DNA of 64,000 nt from Gemmatimonadota bacterium. Lineage in GTDB: Bacteria; JBHIER01; G020348925. The position numbers were made by a program, and so were the translations under genes. Below are positions 1 to 10,900 of the stretch, in pieces. The DNA is taken from NCBI GenBank assembly GCA_020348925.1, contig CP070758.1:1320469-1384468 (forward strand), read 5' to 3'. How positions within the stretch are numbered: position 1 is the first letter of the stretch; each line of letters starts with the position of its first letter. A model generated the notes under the pieces. It was not told the origin of the DNA and ran no database searches. It saw only the letters and a list, made by a program, of their open reading frames with translations.

Positions 1-478
1 CAAACTTGCCGCCCGCTTCAAAGGCTGCCAGTTCACTTTCATATTTACTTTTCTGATAAGGTGTCTTGGGTTGGCATGGCGCTGTTTCATCAATCTTGGG
101 GAGCTTAATCAATCCCATGGCCGCTGTGCTGCTGAAATGAATAAACCGCTTGACACCATTTTGTCCACAGGTTTCAGCAATATTTTTTGTCCCTTGAACG
201 TTAAGGCTGAAAAAAGCCTTGTAACTCTCTTTGGAGACCGATGTCACATGGCCTGCAGCTGCCAGATGATACGCTACATCGATACCCTTTGCCATACGCA
301 TGAGAGTTCCAGGTTTGGTGACATCTCCTTGAAATAGTCGAACGTTAGAATTGTTGAAGAGTTCATCTTTATTAACAAGACTTCGTACCAGACAGCGGCA
401 GTGATGCCCTTCTTGTATGAGTTGTTTCAGGAGGTGTCTGCCAATGAATCCTGTTGCCCCGGTAATCAAAATGTTCAT
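1..478 (-). CDS. NAD-dependent epimerase/dehydratase (SDR extended family), runs off the window edge
   Basis: Not in the ORF track. The reverse strand from ATG at 478 reads MNILITGATGFIGRHLLKQLIQEGHHCRCLVRS (GxxGxxG Rossmann motif); later YHLAA, HFSS and YQKSK motifs. Confidence 0.85.
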   Translation of the reverse strand, partial: MNILITGATGFIGRHLLKQLIQEGHHCRCLVRSLVNKDELFNNSNVRLFQGDVTKPGTLMRMAKGIDVAYHLAAAGHVTSVSKESYKAFFSLNVQGTKNIAETCGQNGVKRFIHFSSTAAMGLIKLPKIDETAPCQPKTPYQKSKYESELAAFEAGGKF

Positions 479-528
479 CTTGCGTTGGTTCAAAGATTGA
501 TGGAATGCAATATGATTTCATGTGGATT

Positions 529-1653
529 TTAGGAAAAAGCCAATTCTTCAATGGCACCAACCAGAAAATCCCATGAGAATCTGAAATTTTCTTTTTTGAC
601 ATTTTCCCGAAACGCTTCGTCCTTTTTACTCTGAAAGAATTTGACAATAACATTGGCTATTTCTGCGGCAGATCCGGGAGAGACCAGATAACCAGTTTTG
701 CCGTCCTCAATAACCTCGGGCAAGCATCCGACATTCGTAGCGACTACAGGTTTATTGAAAGCAAAGGCAATTTGAACAATCCCACTCCCCGTGCCTGAGA
801 CATAGGGCAGAACAACAATGTCACTCGCTGCAAAATAGATCCCAACATCTTCATTCGGTACATATTCGTCAACAATCTTTATTTTGTCAATTATTCCTAA
901 CCTTTTAATAATTCTTATGTAATGTTCTTTGTTCTCCCAAAACTCCCCAACCACCAGCAAAGTGACATCCAATCTCTCCAAGATGAGCGGCAGAGCTTCG
1001 ATGAGATACCTCAGTCCCTTGTACGGCCGCACAAAACCGAAGAACAACAATATGTTTCCGTCCACATTTAATCGCCGTTGTGCATATTCTTTGCTTATAT
1101 TTCTGAAGTGAAACACATCGTACGTCGGATGAAATGTCTTCTTAACATTTGCATTCGGCAGGGCACTTTTCAGATTCTTCAAATCTTCATTAGAGTGGAC
1201 AATAAAATAGTCACCTCTGTTTAAAACCAATTTTGTAAACAACCCATCCATTACTCTCGACTCATGAGCGATAACATTGTGACAGATGAAAAGAACTTTT
1301 GCTTTGGTATAACGACGAACAAGTGATGCTATTGTGCCAAATTGAAGCGTCCAAAAGGATACCCACCAGGGGAAAATCACCAGATCCGGATTGACCTTTT
1401 TTATCCGCCGAAATACATTCCACCAAGAGAGAGGATTCAAAGAGTCCAATATCTTTTCAATTCCCTCCTCGTTGATAACCGTCACGCTTTTGTCCACATC
1501 CGTTCTTCCGGGAAACATCCATCTCGGATATTGTCTTTTGAACGCGTAGAATGTCACGTCGTGTTTTTTTCGAAGATTTCTGTAAAGGAGAGTTGTGTGG
1601 TGGGCAATCCCTCCTCGAAAAGGGTAGGAAGGACCGATGAGACAGATTTTCAC
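529..1653 (-). CDS. Glycosyltransferase family 4 (GT-B)
   Basis: GPSYPFRGGIAH N-terminus, FFGFVRPYKGL, VVLPY..GSGIVQIAFAFNKPVVATNVG. Confidence 0.9.
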   Translation of the reverse strand: MKICLIGPSYPFRGGIAHHTTLLYRNLRKKHDVTFYAFKRQYPRWMFPGRTDVDKSVTVINEEGIEKILDSLNPLSWWNVFRRIKKVNPDLVIFPWWVSFWTLQFGTIASLVRRYTKAKVLFICHNVIAHESRVMDGLFTKLVLNRGDYFIVHSNEDLKNLKSALPNANVKKTFHPTYDVFHFRNISKEYAQRRLNVDGNILLFFGFVRPYKGLRYLIEALPLILERLDVTLLVVGEFWENKEHYIRIIKRLGIIDKIKIVDEYVPNEDVGIYFAASDIVVLPYVSGTGSGIVQIAFAFNKPVVATNVGCLPEVIEDGKTGYLVSPGSAAEIANVIVKFFQSKKDEAFRENVKKENFRFSWDFLVGAIEELAFS

Positions 1654-2612
1654 GCGAGCGGTTCCTTCTTGTCCGAAGACAGCTCCAATTTTCTCATTCT
1701 GTACGATAAATCTTCAATCAGTCTTCGGTTCGTAGAGATGAGATCAGCCAATAAACCGATCAAACCCAACAGAAAACCTATGATTGTGAGTATTGCCGCA
1801 AAAACGACTGACTGTATGTGGCCCTCTCCATTTCCAGTAAGATAAAAATAGAGGAACCGAACACCGAGGGCAATGCCGGCTGCCAGCATCAAGCCTCCCA
1901 TACCAAAGAAAATTCTGAGAGGCTCATACGTGGCGTAGGTCCGGATTATTGTGCTGGCCGATTTTTTGAGGAAAACAAAAGTGCTGGAATACAGACGTGG
2001 CTCCCTGAGCTTCTCGTTTGTTCGAACGGGAACGACCTTGATTGCAAATTTCTTTTTTGCAGCCTGGATGATGGCTTCCAACGTGTAAGAAAAGTCGGAT
2101 ATGATGTTGAGCCTCAATGCAGCATTTCTGGTCATGGCCCTGAAGCTGCTTGCGGCATCAGGGACTTTGGCTCCGGAGAGTTGCCTGACCACCCAGCTTC
2201 CGAACTTCTGAAGTTTCTTCTTGGTGAAAGAAAAATGCTCAATCGTGTGGGTCTGCCTGTCGCCAATGACCATATCGGCCTTCCCCTCAAGAATGGGTTG
2301 TATTAATTTTGGTATATCCTGACCGCAGTATTGATTATCACCATCGGTATTGACGATGATATCTGCACCGAGCATCAGGCAGGAATCAACACCCGTCATA
2401 AAGGCCTTCGCGAGGCCCTGATTTTTCTCAAATCGGACAATGTGATCGACGCCGACCTCCCGGGCTACTTCTGATGTGCGATCGGTGCTGCCGTCATCAA
2501 TGACGAGTATTTCCACCGCTTCGATCCCTTCGATAGTGCGGGGAATATCTCTCACAGTGAGAGGCAGGGTCTCCTCTTCGTTCAAACAGGGTATCTGTAC
2601 AATGAGCTTCAT
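1650..2612 (-). CDS. Glycosyltransferase family 2 (polyprenol-phosphate glycosyltransferase-like, two C-terminal TM helices)
   Basis: IPCLNEE, IDDGSTD, DGDNQY motifs; hydrophobic C-terminus; 4-nt overlap with the next gene. Confidence 0.9.
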   Translation of the reverse strand: MKLIVQIPCLNEEETLPLTVRDIPRTIEGIEAVEILVIDDGSTDRTSEVAREVGVDHIVRFEKNQGLAKAFMTGVDSCLMLGADIIVNTDGDNQYCGQDIPKLIQPILEGKADMVIGDRQTHTIEHFSFTKKKLQKFGSWVVRQLSGAKVPDAASSFRAMTRNAALRLNIISDFSYTLEAIIQAAKKKFAIKVVPVRTNEKLREPRLYSSTFVFLKKSASTIIRTYATYEPLRIFFGMGGLMLAAGIALGVRFLYFYLTGNGEGHIQSVVFAAILTIIGFLLGLIGLLADLISTNRRLIEDLSYRMRKLELSSDKKEPLA

Positions 2613-2736
2613 AATGTGTATATTCTATTTTTGACTGTCCGCCTCAGAGGTACGAAGACATATGAATGCATTGCACTCTCAGTTCTCGTTCGTGTCGTTC
2701 CGGCGAGAACGCGAGATCGACGCATTGCTCGCATTT

Positions 2737-3519
2737 TTACTTCGCCTCTGAACCGAGCCCTAAAACGTCGTTCATGTCGAAGAGTCCCGGCTCTCGGTTG
2801 ATGACAAATCGGACGGCCTTGATGACACCTGAGGCGAATGTCCGCCGGCTGCTGGCTTTGTGCGAGATCTCCAAGCGTTCACCATTCCCGGCGAAGATGA
2901 CATGATGTTCACCCACGACATCGCCGCCGCGGAGGGCATGGATACCGATCTCCTGCGGTTTCCTCCCTCCGATCAACCCCTGACGGCCGTATATCTGTTG
3001 ACTCCCCTCTTTGACGCGACTTAAAATGTCGGCGATTTTTGCCGCCGTTCCGCTGGGTGCATCCTTCTTCATGCGATGATGCATCTCGACGATTTCAAAG
3101 TCGAAATCGTCCTTCAGGATCGTGGCCGCTTCGGACACCAGATTGAATAGGAGATTCACGCCCACGGACATATTGGGTGCATAGACGATCGGTATCTGTT
3201 CGGAGGCTCTTCGTATAATCTCCATTTGTTCGTCGCGTAAAGCGGTCACTCCCACGACGGCGGGGACGCTCCGTTCGGAGGCGATGGAGACGTGGTCCAC
3301 GGCTCCATCGGGATTGGTGAAATCAACAAGAACATCCGCATTCTCTATCCGGCTCCTCAGATCTGATACGACTTCTAATTCACCCATCTTTACACCTATG
3401 TTCGGATGATTTTCCGCCTCAAGTGCCACGGATAATGTCATATCATCCTGCTCAGCAATGGTCCGGGCAACTTCGCTGCCCATTCTGCCCAAGGCTCCGC
3501 ATAATGCTACTCGTATCAT
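2737..3519 (-). CDS. dapB: 4-hydroxy-tetrahydrodipicolinate reductase
   Basis: GALGRMG, DFT, APNMSVG, EMHHRMKKDAPSGTA, RGGDVVGEH. Start moved to ATG 3519, which follows a GAGGT RBS. Confidence 0.95.
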   Translation of the reverse strand: MIRVALCGALGRMGSEVARTIAEQDDMTLSVALEAENHPNIGVKMGELEVVSDLRSRIENADVLVDFTNPDGAVDHVSIASERSVPAVVGVTALRDEQMEIIRRASEQIPIVYAPNMSVGVNLLFNLVSEAATILKDDFDFEIVEMHHRMKKDAPSGTAAKIADILSRVKEGSQQIYGRQGLIGGRKPQEIGIHALRGGDVVGEHHVIFAGNGERLEISHKASSRRTFASGVIKAVRFVINREPGLFDMNDVLGLGSEAK

Positions 3520-3663
3520 ATGTACCTCGACATGATATACATTCAATCGTCTGCGAATTTACACTTCAAGATCATCTCAGACTGCTTTCCGATCTTCTGA
3601 TATTGATCCACTGATTTCCTGATTTTCTGATGGGCACTGCATCTCTCCTTTCGAACAGGAGGT

Positions 3664-5373
3664 CTACGATCCACCCTGAGCCTTCTCGATCTTCGCCCAT
3701 GTATCCCGCAAGGTTACCGTCCGATTGAAGACGGGCTTGTCATGCGTCGAATCGGGATCTACACACAAATATCCCTGGCGCTCGAACTGGAAACGTGTCC
3801 CAGGCTTTGCGCCGACAAGACTTGGCTCTATCTTACATGCGTTCAATACTTCGAGGGAATTGGGATTCAAATTGGCCATAAAATCTTGGCCCTGTTCAAC
3901 CTCATTCGGATCGGGTGTCGTGAACAGACGATCGTAGAGCCGTACTTCCGCATTCATGGCATGCGCTGCCGATACCCAGTGTAAGGTGCTCTTGACCTTG
4001 CGCCCGTCCGGAGAGTCGCCCCCTCTGGTTGCCGGATCGTATGTACAGTGCAGCTCGGTAATTTCGCCTGTCTTCTCGTCTTTGACGACATCGACGCAGG
4101 TGACAAAGTACGCGTACCGAAGCCGGACTTCTCTGCCGGGAGCCAGCCGATAGAACTTCCTGGGCGGGTCCTCCCGAAAGTCCTCTCTTTCTATGTAAAT
4201 CACTTTCGAAAACGGCACCTTTCGAGTGCCGGCAGCAGGATCTTCAGGATTGTTTATGGCCTCGAGCTCTTCCACCGTATCCTCAGGATAGTTGTCGATG
4301 ACGACGCGGAGCGGACGCAGCACACCCATATACCTGAGTGCGTGTTTGTTGAGCTCCTCGCGAACGAAATATTCCAGCAGAGAAACATCGACCATACTGT
4401 CCCGCTTGGCCACTCCAATCCGCTCGCAGAAATTCCGGATGGCCTCCGGCGGGTACCCTCGTCTTCTCATACCGGAGATGGTCGGCATCCTCGGATCGCC
4501 CCACCCTCCAACATGCCCTTCCTCCACGAGCTTTAGAAGCTTGCGTTTGCTCATCACCGTGTAGGTCAGATTGAGGCGGGCGAACTCAATCTGCTGGGGA
4601 TGATAGACATCGAGTTGATCCAGAAACCAGTCGTACAATGGCCTGTGGTCCTCAAATTCCAGGGTACAGATGGAGTGGGTGACTTTTTCGATCGAGTCTT
4701 CAAGACCGTGAGCCCAATCGTACATGGGGTAGATATTCCACGTGTCACCGGTACGGGGATGCGGAGCTTTGAGAATCCGGTACATAACCGGGTCGCGCAT
4801 GTTCAAATTGGGCGAAGCCATGTCGATCTTAGCCCGGAGAACGCGGGAGCCATCTTCGAACTCACCGGCCTTCATGCGTTCAAACAGGTCAAGGTTTTCC
4901 TCGACCGGGCGGTTCCGATACGGACTCTCTTTTCCGGGCTCGGTGAGCGTTCCCCGATATGCCCGAATCTGATCAGGCTTCAGATCGTCCACGTAAGCCT
5001 TACCGTCTTTGATGAGCTGAAGGGCCCATTCGTACATCTGATCGAAATAATCAGAGCCGTAGTATTCGTGCTCACCCCAGTTGAAACCGAGCCAGCGAAC
5101 ATCCTCCTTGATGGCATCGATGTATTCCTGTTCCTCCTTGGTGGGATTGGTGTCGTCGAACCGCAAGTGGCATACACCGCCGAACTCAGCGGCAAGTCCG
5201 AAATCGATGCAGATCGCCTTGGCGTGACCGATGTGCGGATATCCGTTCGGTTCAGGCGGAAAGCGGGTCACAACGCGACCTCCCCACTTGTTCGTCCTCA
5301 GATCCTCCTTCATAATCTCCCGTATGAAATTCGGAGCAAGTGCGACCTTGGCTTCGGTGTTTTTATCCTTCAT
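3664..5373 (-). CDS. glnS: Glutamine--tRNA ligase
   Basis: [37 protein letters not shown]. Confidence 0.96.
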   Translation of the reverse strand: MKDKNTEAKVALAPNFIREIMKEDLRTNKWGGRVVTRFPPEPNGYPHIGHAKAICIDFGLAAEFGGVCHLRFDDTNPTKEEQEYIDAIKEDVRWLGFNWGEHEYYGSDYFDQMYEWALQLIKDGKAYVDDLKPDQIRAYRGTLTEPGKESPYRNRPVEENLDLFERMKAGEFEDGSRVLRAKIDMASPNLNMRDPVMYRILKAPHPRTGDTWNIYPMYDWAHGLEDSIEKVTHSICTLEFEDHRPLYDWFLDQLDVYHPQQIEFARLNLTYTVMSKRKLLKLVEEGHVGGWGDPRMPTISGMRRRGYPPEAIRNFCERIGVAKRDSMVDVSLLEYFVREELNKHALRYMGVLRPLRVVIDNYPEDTVEELEAINNPEDPAAGTRKVPFSKVIYIEREDFREDPPRKFYRLAPGREVRLRYAYFVTCVDVVKDEKTGEITELHCTYDPATRGGDSPDGRKVKSTLHWVSAAHAMNAEVRLYDRLFTTPDPNEVEQGQDFMANLNPNSLEVLNACKIEPSLVGAKPGTRFQFERQGYLCVDPDSTHDKPVFNRTVTLRDTWAKIEKAQGGS

Positions 5374-5427
5374 TTCAGTTTCAACCTCATGTCTTCGTAA
5401 TCTTAAGTTGCTCTCTTGGAACGATCT

Positions 5428-6906
5428 CTACCTGTCCTGGTGACTCTCCAGCCACTCTACGGCTCTTTTCATCCTGCGCAAGACGTTCTCTTTGCCCAAA
5501 GCCTCGAGAAGTTCGAATAAACCCGGGCCGTAACTGACGCCGGTGACTGCGAGCCGTGTCGGGTGAATGAGCTTGCCCACGCCGATCTCCAAGGTTTCGG
5601 CTTGGGCGCGATACACCTCCTCCAGCACCTGGTGATCAAAAGAGTCAGACTGTTGGAGGATTTCACACAGCGATTTGAGTGTAACTGCGGCGTTGCCTTT
5701 AAAATGTTTCTTGATCGCTTTCTCCTCGTAGGACTCAGGATCGCGAAAAAAGTACGTCGCACTTTCCGCCAGTTCGTTGACGGTTCTCGACCTGTCCTTG
5801 AGGAGGCTCACTACTGTTCGAAGATATGGATCGTCCGTTGTCGTTTCCCGTGCAACGATGCCCTGATCCACCCACATCCGGACCACATCCCGAAGGATCG
5901 AATCGACACTGGTCTCCCGCATGTACATACCATTCATCCACTCCAGCTTCTTCTCGTCAAAGACGGCCGCCTTCGGCGTCACCCGATCCAGGGAAAATAT
6001 TTCTGTTATCTCCTCCCGGGACATTTTTTCCCGATCGTCCCCCGGAGACCACCCCAGAAGAGCCAAGAAATTGAACAGCGCTTGAGGCAGATAGCCGGCT
6101 TTCTTATAGTCCATAACCGACGCAGCGCCCTTTCTTTTGGACAACTTTCCTCCGTCAGGTGACAGGATGACGGGCATGTGGGCGAAGGTCGGCGGCTCCC
6201 AACCGAAGGCCTCATAGATGAGGACATGTTTGGGTGTTGAGGATATCCATTCGTCACCGCGCAGAATGTGCGATATACGCATCATATGATCGTCCACGAC
6301 GTTCGCCAGATGATATGTGGGAAAACCGTCCGATTTCAGGAGAACGAGATCATCAAGACTATCCGTTTCGTATGCTATCTCACCTCTGATGAGATCGTGA
6401 AAATCGACGGTCCGATTAAAGGGAATCTTCAGCCTGATGACGTGTGGTTTTTTCACCGCAAGAAGAGACTGCCCTACCTCCGTCGAGAGATTGCGGCAAT
6501 GTCGGTCGTAGCCTGAAACATTCGGAAGCTTCGCTTTCTCCTGCTCCTCCCGCAGTTTTTGAAGACGGTCCGGTGTGCAGAAACATCGATAGGCGTGTCC
6601 TGTTTCAATGAGCTGCTCGGCATGACTTTTATACGTCTCTGTCCGCTCCGACTGGAAATAGGGCCCGTAATCACCGCCGACTTCCGGTCCTTCGTCCCAG
6701 TCAAGGCCCAACCATCGCAGGCTCTCAAGAATCTCCTGAACGGCACCCTCTTGGTACCGGCTTCGATCCGTATCCTCGATACGAAGAATGAACCGACCAT
6801 CCTTCGATTTGGCGAAGAGCCAGTTGAAAAGGGCCGTCCGGGCGCCCCCAACGTGGAGATAGCCTGTTGGGCTGGGTGCAAGACGAACTCTCACTTCAGA
6901 TCCCAT
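5428..6906 (-). CDS. gltX: Glutamate--tRNA ligase
   Basis: APSPTGYLHVGG, RIEDTD, PTYHLANVVDDH, KLSKR. Confidence 0.96.
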   Translation of the reverse strand: MGSEVRVRLAPSPTGYLHVGGARTALFNWLFAKSKDGRFILRIEDTDRSRYQEGAVQEILESLRWLGLDWDEGPEVGGDYGPYFQSERTETYKSHAEQLIETGHAYRCFCTPDRLQKLREEQEKAKLPNVSGYDRHCRNLSTEVGQSLLAVKKPHVIRLKIPFNRTVDFHDLIRGEIAYETDSLDDLVLLKSDGFPTYHLANVVDDHMMRISHILRGDEWISSTPKHVLIYEAFGWEPPTFAHMPVILSPDGGKLSKRKGAASVMDYKKAGYLPQALFNFLALLGWSPGDDREKMSREEITEIFSLDRVTPKAAVFDEKKLEWMNGMYMRETSVDSILRDVVRMWVDQGIVARETTTDDPYLRTVVSLLKDRSRTVNELAESATYFFRDPESYEEKAIKKHFKGNAAVTLKSLCEILQQSDSFDHQVLEEVYRAQAETLEIGVGKLIHPTRLAVTGVSYGPGLFELLEALGKENVLRRMKRAVEWLESHQDR

Positions 6907-6920
6907 TTGAAGATTCCTGA

Positions 6921-7319
6921 CTAAAGAGAAGAAGATTGGGAAGGCGGCGAGGGAAGCGGAGGTCGTTCTCTCTCTCTTTGATCCGCTATGAGACCTGTTT
7001 CATCAGGCTCTAATGTTATCCGGATGCCACCCATGAGCCTCGCAAAAAAATTATAGAGCCACGTCAAGATGGCTGCCATGATGGAGCCCACGACAGCATA
7101 AGTGAATGAGAGCACAAAGGCCATGAAGAATCCGAAGGTGCCGGAAAAGAGTCCGGAGATTTCCTCAAGCTCCCCTCCACCGATCATCCCCAGGATGCTG
7201 CCGATTATGACCAGAAAAATCGCATAGAGAAGGCCGAAGAAGAAGCCTGTGATACCGCACATCAGAAATGCGATCTTCACCACAGACCAGACATCGCACC
7301 GCTTCCATTCGTACGTCAT
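6921..7319 (-). CDS. DUF3566-like membrane protein
   Basis: KRCDVWSVVK start, two TM helices, LYNFFARLMGGIRITL signature; GAGGAG RBS before ATG 7319. Confidence 0.7.
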   Translation of the reverse strand: MTYEWKRCDVWSVVKIAFLMCGITGFFFGLLYAIFLVIIGSILGMIGGGELEEISGLFSGTFGFFMAFVLSFTYAVVGSIMAAILTWLYNFFARLMGGIRITLEPDETGLIADQRERERPPLPSPPSQSSSL

Positions 7320-7450
7320 AATTCTCCTCGAAAGAAAAGTACCTGTGAATGAAAAGTCGTATTCTCGCAGACTGACATGTGAATTTTTCAAAAGCTCATA
7401 TGTCTTAACAAATACATATCCGAAACGTCCCTTAACTTCGAGTTAACTGT

Positions 7451-7479
7451 AATATGCCACATTTGGAAATCTTTGTCAA
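7451..7479 (-). promoter_or_regulatory. Sigma70-type promoter for the DUF3566-gltX-glnS genes
   Basis: TTGACA-N17-CATATT on the minus strand. Confidence 0.45.
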
Positions 7480-7692
7480 GAAAGAATTTTCGAGTGAAAA
7501 TTTTTTATAGTCAGGGAGATCGATAGGCCAACAGGGAGAAGCCAAGACAACTCCAGGGGAAACCACGAGAGGGGGAGAGGAATCACCCGACATTTTAAAA
7601 AAGTTGATTTTCGGCAATAGAAGTATTATTTTACCCATCCTTTTTAAAAGGCAACTACAATTTCAGTTATGTATTTACAAAGAGGGTGAAAA

Positions 7693-9129
7693 ATGTTTAC
7701 CAAGGCAAAAGAAGCTCTGGAGTATATTCGACGCGAAAAGGTATGTGCAGTTGACATGAAGTTCACCGATCTCTTTGGAGCGTGGCACCATCTGACTGTT
7801 CCCAAGGGTTCGGTCGATGACGCATTGTTTGAAGCCGGGATCGGTTTTGACGGGTCGAGCATACCGGGATTTTCCAAACTGGAATCGGGTGACTTGGTTC
7901 TTTTGCCGGATCCAGCGACCGCTTTTATCGATCCCTTCTGGGAGAACAAGACCCTGAGCTTTATCTGTGACATCGGGGAAGCCGATTCAAAGGAGCGCTA
8001 TCATCGGGATCCACGGTCTGTTGCACAGCGGGCTGAGGAATATCTCGTCAAAACGGGCATCGCGACACAAAGTCTGTGGAGCCCGGAGTTCGAATATTAC
8101 ATCTTTGACAACGTCCGGCACGTGAATGACACGAATCGGGCCTTCTACGAGATCGATTCAGAAGAGGCTTCGTGGAACGCTCCCATCAGGGAGCGGCCCA
8201 ACCTGGGTCATCATATTCCTCCCAGTGGAGGTTACCACGTTATTCCTCCCATGGACACGCTCTACAACCTTCGAGCGGAGACCGTCCGCCTTATCGAAGA
8301 GGTGCATATTCCTGTGCGGTATCACCATCATGAGGTGGGTGGTCCGGGCCAATCTGAAATCGAAATCGGACGCGGCCCCTTGACCAAGACCGCTGATTGG
8401 TCGATGATCATAAAATATTTCATAAAGATGACGGCCAAGAAATTTCATAAGACGGCCACATTTATGCCGAAACCCCTCTTTGGCGAATCCGGCAGCGGGC
8501 TCCATTTTCATCAACAACTGTTCAAGAATGAGGTCCCGATCTTTCACGACGAAGCTGGGTATGCCGGATTGAGCCGGACTGCGTTATCATACATCGCTGG
8601 AGTCCTCACCCATGGCTCGGCGCTGTTGGCGTTTACAAATCCGAGCACGAACTCTTACAAGCGTCTTGTACCCGGCTTCGAAGCCCCGGTGAACCTCTTC
8701 TTCTCTCTGGCCAATCGAAGCGCCTCAGTCCGTATCCCGAAATATGCCATTGATCCGATGGAGAAGACCGTCGAGTTTCGCCCCCCGGATGCAACCTGCA
8801 ATCCATACCTGGCTATGTCGGCAATTCTTCTGGCAGGGATCGAGGGCATCCTTAAAAACCTCGATCCTACAGCCGAAGGGTTCGGTCCCATCGACGAAAA
8901 CGTGTTCGAATGGACGGAGGATGAGAGGAGGACGAAGATCAAACCGCTTTCGACGTCTCTCAAAGGCGCCCTCGACCATCTGAAGGAGGATCACCGCTTT
9001 CTCCTCGAGGGTAAAGTCTTCTCTGCGGATCTTATAGAAACCTGGAATAAATACAAGTTCGAAAAGGAGTACCAGGAGGTGCGGAGCAGACCCCATCCCT
9101 ATGAGATCGCGCTTTACTATAATGTGTGA
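7693..9129 (+). CDS. glnA: Glutamine synthetase type I
   Basis: GIGFDGSS, HHHEV, ATFMPKP, GSGLHFH, NSYKRLVPGFEAP, NRSASVRIP, EFRPPD. Confidence 0.96.
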   Translation: MFTKAKEALEYIRREKVCAVDMKFTDLFGAWHHLTVPKGSVDDALFEAGIGFDGSSIPGFSKLESGDLVLLPDPATAFIDPFWENKTLSFICDIGEADSKERYHRDPRSVAQRAEEYLVKTGIATQSLWSPEFEYYIFDNVRHVNDTNRAFYEIDSEEASWNAPIRERPNLGHHIPPSGGYHVIPPMDTLYNLRAETVRLIEEVHIPVRYHHHEVGGPGQSEIEIGRGPLTKTADWSMIIKYFIKMTAKKFHKTATFMPKPLFGESGSGLHFHQQLFKNEVPIFHDEAGYAGLSRTALSYIAGVLTHGSALLAFTNPSTNSYKRLVPGFEAPVNLFFSLANRSASVRIPKYAIDPMEKTVEFRPPDATCNPYLAMSAILLAGIEGILKNLDPTAEGFGPIDENVFEWTEDERRTKIKPLSTSLKGALDHLKEDHRFLLEGKVFSADLIETWNKYKFEKEYQEVRSRPHPYEIALYYNV

Positions 9130-9181
9130 GATAGCTTGATAAGGCATGAGAGGTTCTTTCTAGCCTACTTTATTCAAAAGC

Positions 9182-9297
9182 TGTCATTCCGGCCCCCGTA
9201 ATAGAATACGGGGTAAACTCCGTGCCGGAATCTCCTCGGTTGAATCAACATCCTCTCTGCTAAGGAGATTCCGGTATAAAACCGGAATGACATGCAG
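9182..9297. repeat. REP/MITE-like nested palindromic element, copy 1
   Basis: Terminal IR TGTCATTCCGG (9182) / CCGGAATGACA (to 9292); internal 12-bp IR CCGGAATCTCCT/AGGAGATTCCGG; CCCCGTA-N6-TACGGGG hairpin; related copy at 43351-43409. Confidence 0.75.
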
Positions 9298-9478
9298 GGT
9301 TTCTGTGAAAGCATAAACCAGGGAGTTTAAAACCAGTAACTTTTTTAAGTCTAATAAAATAAATATGTTAATTTAGTTTTGAACGATTTAATAAATAATC
9401 CAGGCTAAATGTTCTATTGTAATTTACTCGATGAGCATTTCGCATGAGTGGGGCTCTTTAACAAGGAGGTAATCAGTA

Positions 9479-10900
9479 ATGAGAATATTCTTGAGTACTA
9501 TTTTAGTAACCGTTTTTTCTTTTGGAATAAGCCTGGCCGACATCGATTTCGACCGGTTTTTCCTGGAGAAGACGATGCGGGTGGATTACTTCCACACGGG
9601 GATTCAGGGCAAGGAGGTCATCAGTTTGGATCAGGTTCGGGAGGAGCCCATCTGGGCCGGCAGCCGGGTGAATCTCATCGATACCCTCAATTTGGGGAAA
9701 TACTTCTTCAAGGTTTTCGACGCCAAAACAAATCAGATGATTTACTCCAGAGGTTTCTCCTCCATCTACGGCGAATGGGAGACCACGGATGAAGCGGCCA
9801 AAGGCATCTGGCGCACGTTCAGCGAGTCGGTACGGTTTCCGTATCCTAAAGGAACTGTGCAGTTGGCCATTGCCGTTCGGGACGAGGGCGGCTATTATAA
9901 AAACATCTTTTCGACAGTGATCGACCCCAATTCGCATTACGTCAATCGGGAGCCTCCGACGTCCGACATGAGCGTCATCAGTGTCCAGAAGATGGGTGAG
10001 CCGGCGAAGAAGGTCGATCTCCTCATCCTGGGGGACGGCTATACCCGGGACGAGATGGGTCAGTTTCGCAAAGATGTGGAGCGTTTCACCAAGGCTCTCT
10101 TCGATACGTCGCCTTTCAAGGAGAGGAAGAAGGACTTTAATGTGTGGGCTATTGAGGTGGCTTCCCAGGATTCGGGACCGGATCAACCGCATCTGGGTAT
10201 TTTTCGGAACACCGCTCTGGGTTGCTCCTACAATACCTTCGATTCCCCGCGGTATATGCTCACCTACGAGAACAAGGCTTTTCGGGAGATCGCCGCCAAT
10301 GCCCCCTACGATCAGCTGTTTTTCATTGTGAACAGCAATCAGTATGGTGGGGGCGGTATTTTCAACCTCTATTCGACGACCTTCACCCGGGCCGAAAAGG
10401 AGGTCCAGAGCTGGTGGCCGGATTACGTCTTTGTCCACGAGTTCGGCCACTCCTTCGGTGGTCTGGGAGACGAGTACTACTCGTCTTCCGTGGCGTATAC
10501 GGACTTCTATTCCTCCAAGGTGGAACCCTGGGAGTCGAACGTCACCGCCCTGCATGACCCTGACAACGTGAAATGGAAAGATCTCATCGAAGAGGGGACA
10601 CCCCTTCCGACGCCCTGGGACAAGGCGGAATACGATGAGCTGGACGCAGAGCGACGGGCCTTAGAAACGGACGACCCGGACTATGGACGAAAACTGACGG
10701 AGATCACCGTTAGGAGGGAAGAGCTCTTTCAGAAGCAGAAGTACTTCGGGAAAGTGGGGGCCTTCGAAGGATCCGGGTATGTCTCCGAGGGTATGTACCG
10801 CCCCAGTCTCGACTGCCGCATGTTCACCAAGAGCCTCGCCGAGTTCTGCCCGGTCTGCCGCCAGGCCATTGAGAGAATGATCGACTTTTATACGGAATAG
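9479..10900 (+). CDS. Secreted M64 family (IgA peptidase-like) metallopeptidase
   Basis: Signal peptide, DLLILGDGYT, YGGGG, VHEFGHSFGGLGDEY, YRPSLDCRM..FCPVC. Confidence 0.9.
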   Translation: MRIFLSTILVTVFSFGISLADIDFDRFFLEKTMRVDYFHTGIQGKEVISLDQVREEPIWAGSRVNLIDTLNLGKYFFKVFDAKTNQMIYSRGFSSIYGEWETTDEAAKGIWRTFSESVRFPYPKGTVQLAIAVRDEGGYYKNIFSTVIDPNSHYVNREPPTSDMSVISVQKMGEPAKKVDLLILGDGYTRDEMGQFRKDVERFTKALFDTSPFKERKKDFNVWAIEVASQDSGPDQPHLGIFRNTALGCSYNTFDSPRYMLTYENKAFREIAANAPYDQLFFIVNSNQYGGGGIFNLYSTTFTRAEKEVQSWWPDYVFVHEFGHSFGGLGDEYYSSSVAYTDFYSSKVEPWESNVTALHDPDNVKWKDLIEEGTPLPTPWDKAEYDELDAERRALETDDPDYGRKLTEITVRREELFQKQKYFGKVGAFEGSGYVSEGMYRPSLDCRMFTKSLAEFCPVCRQAIERMIDFYTE

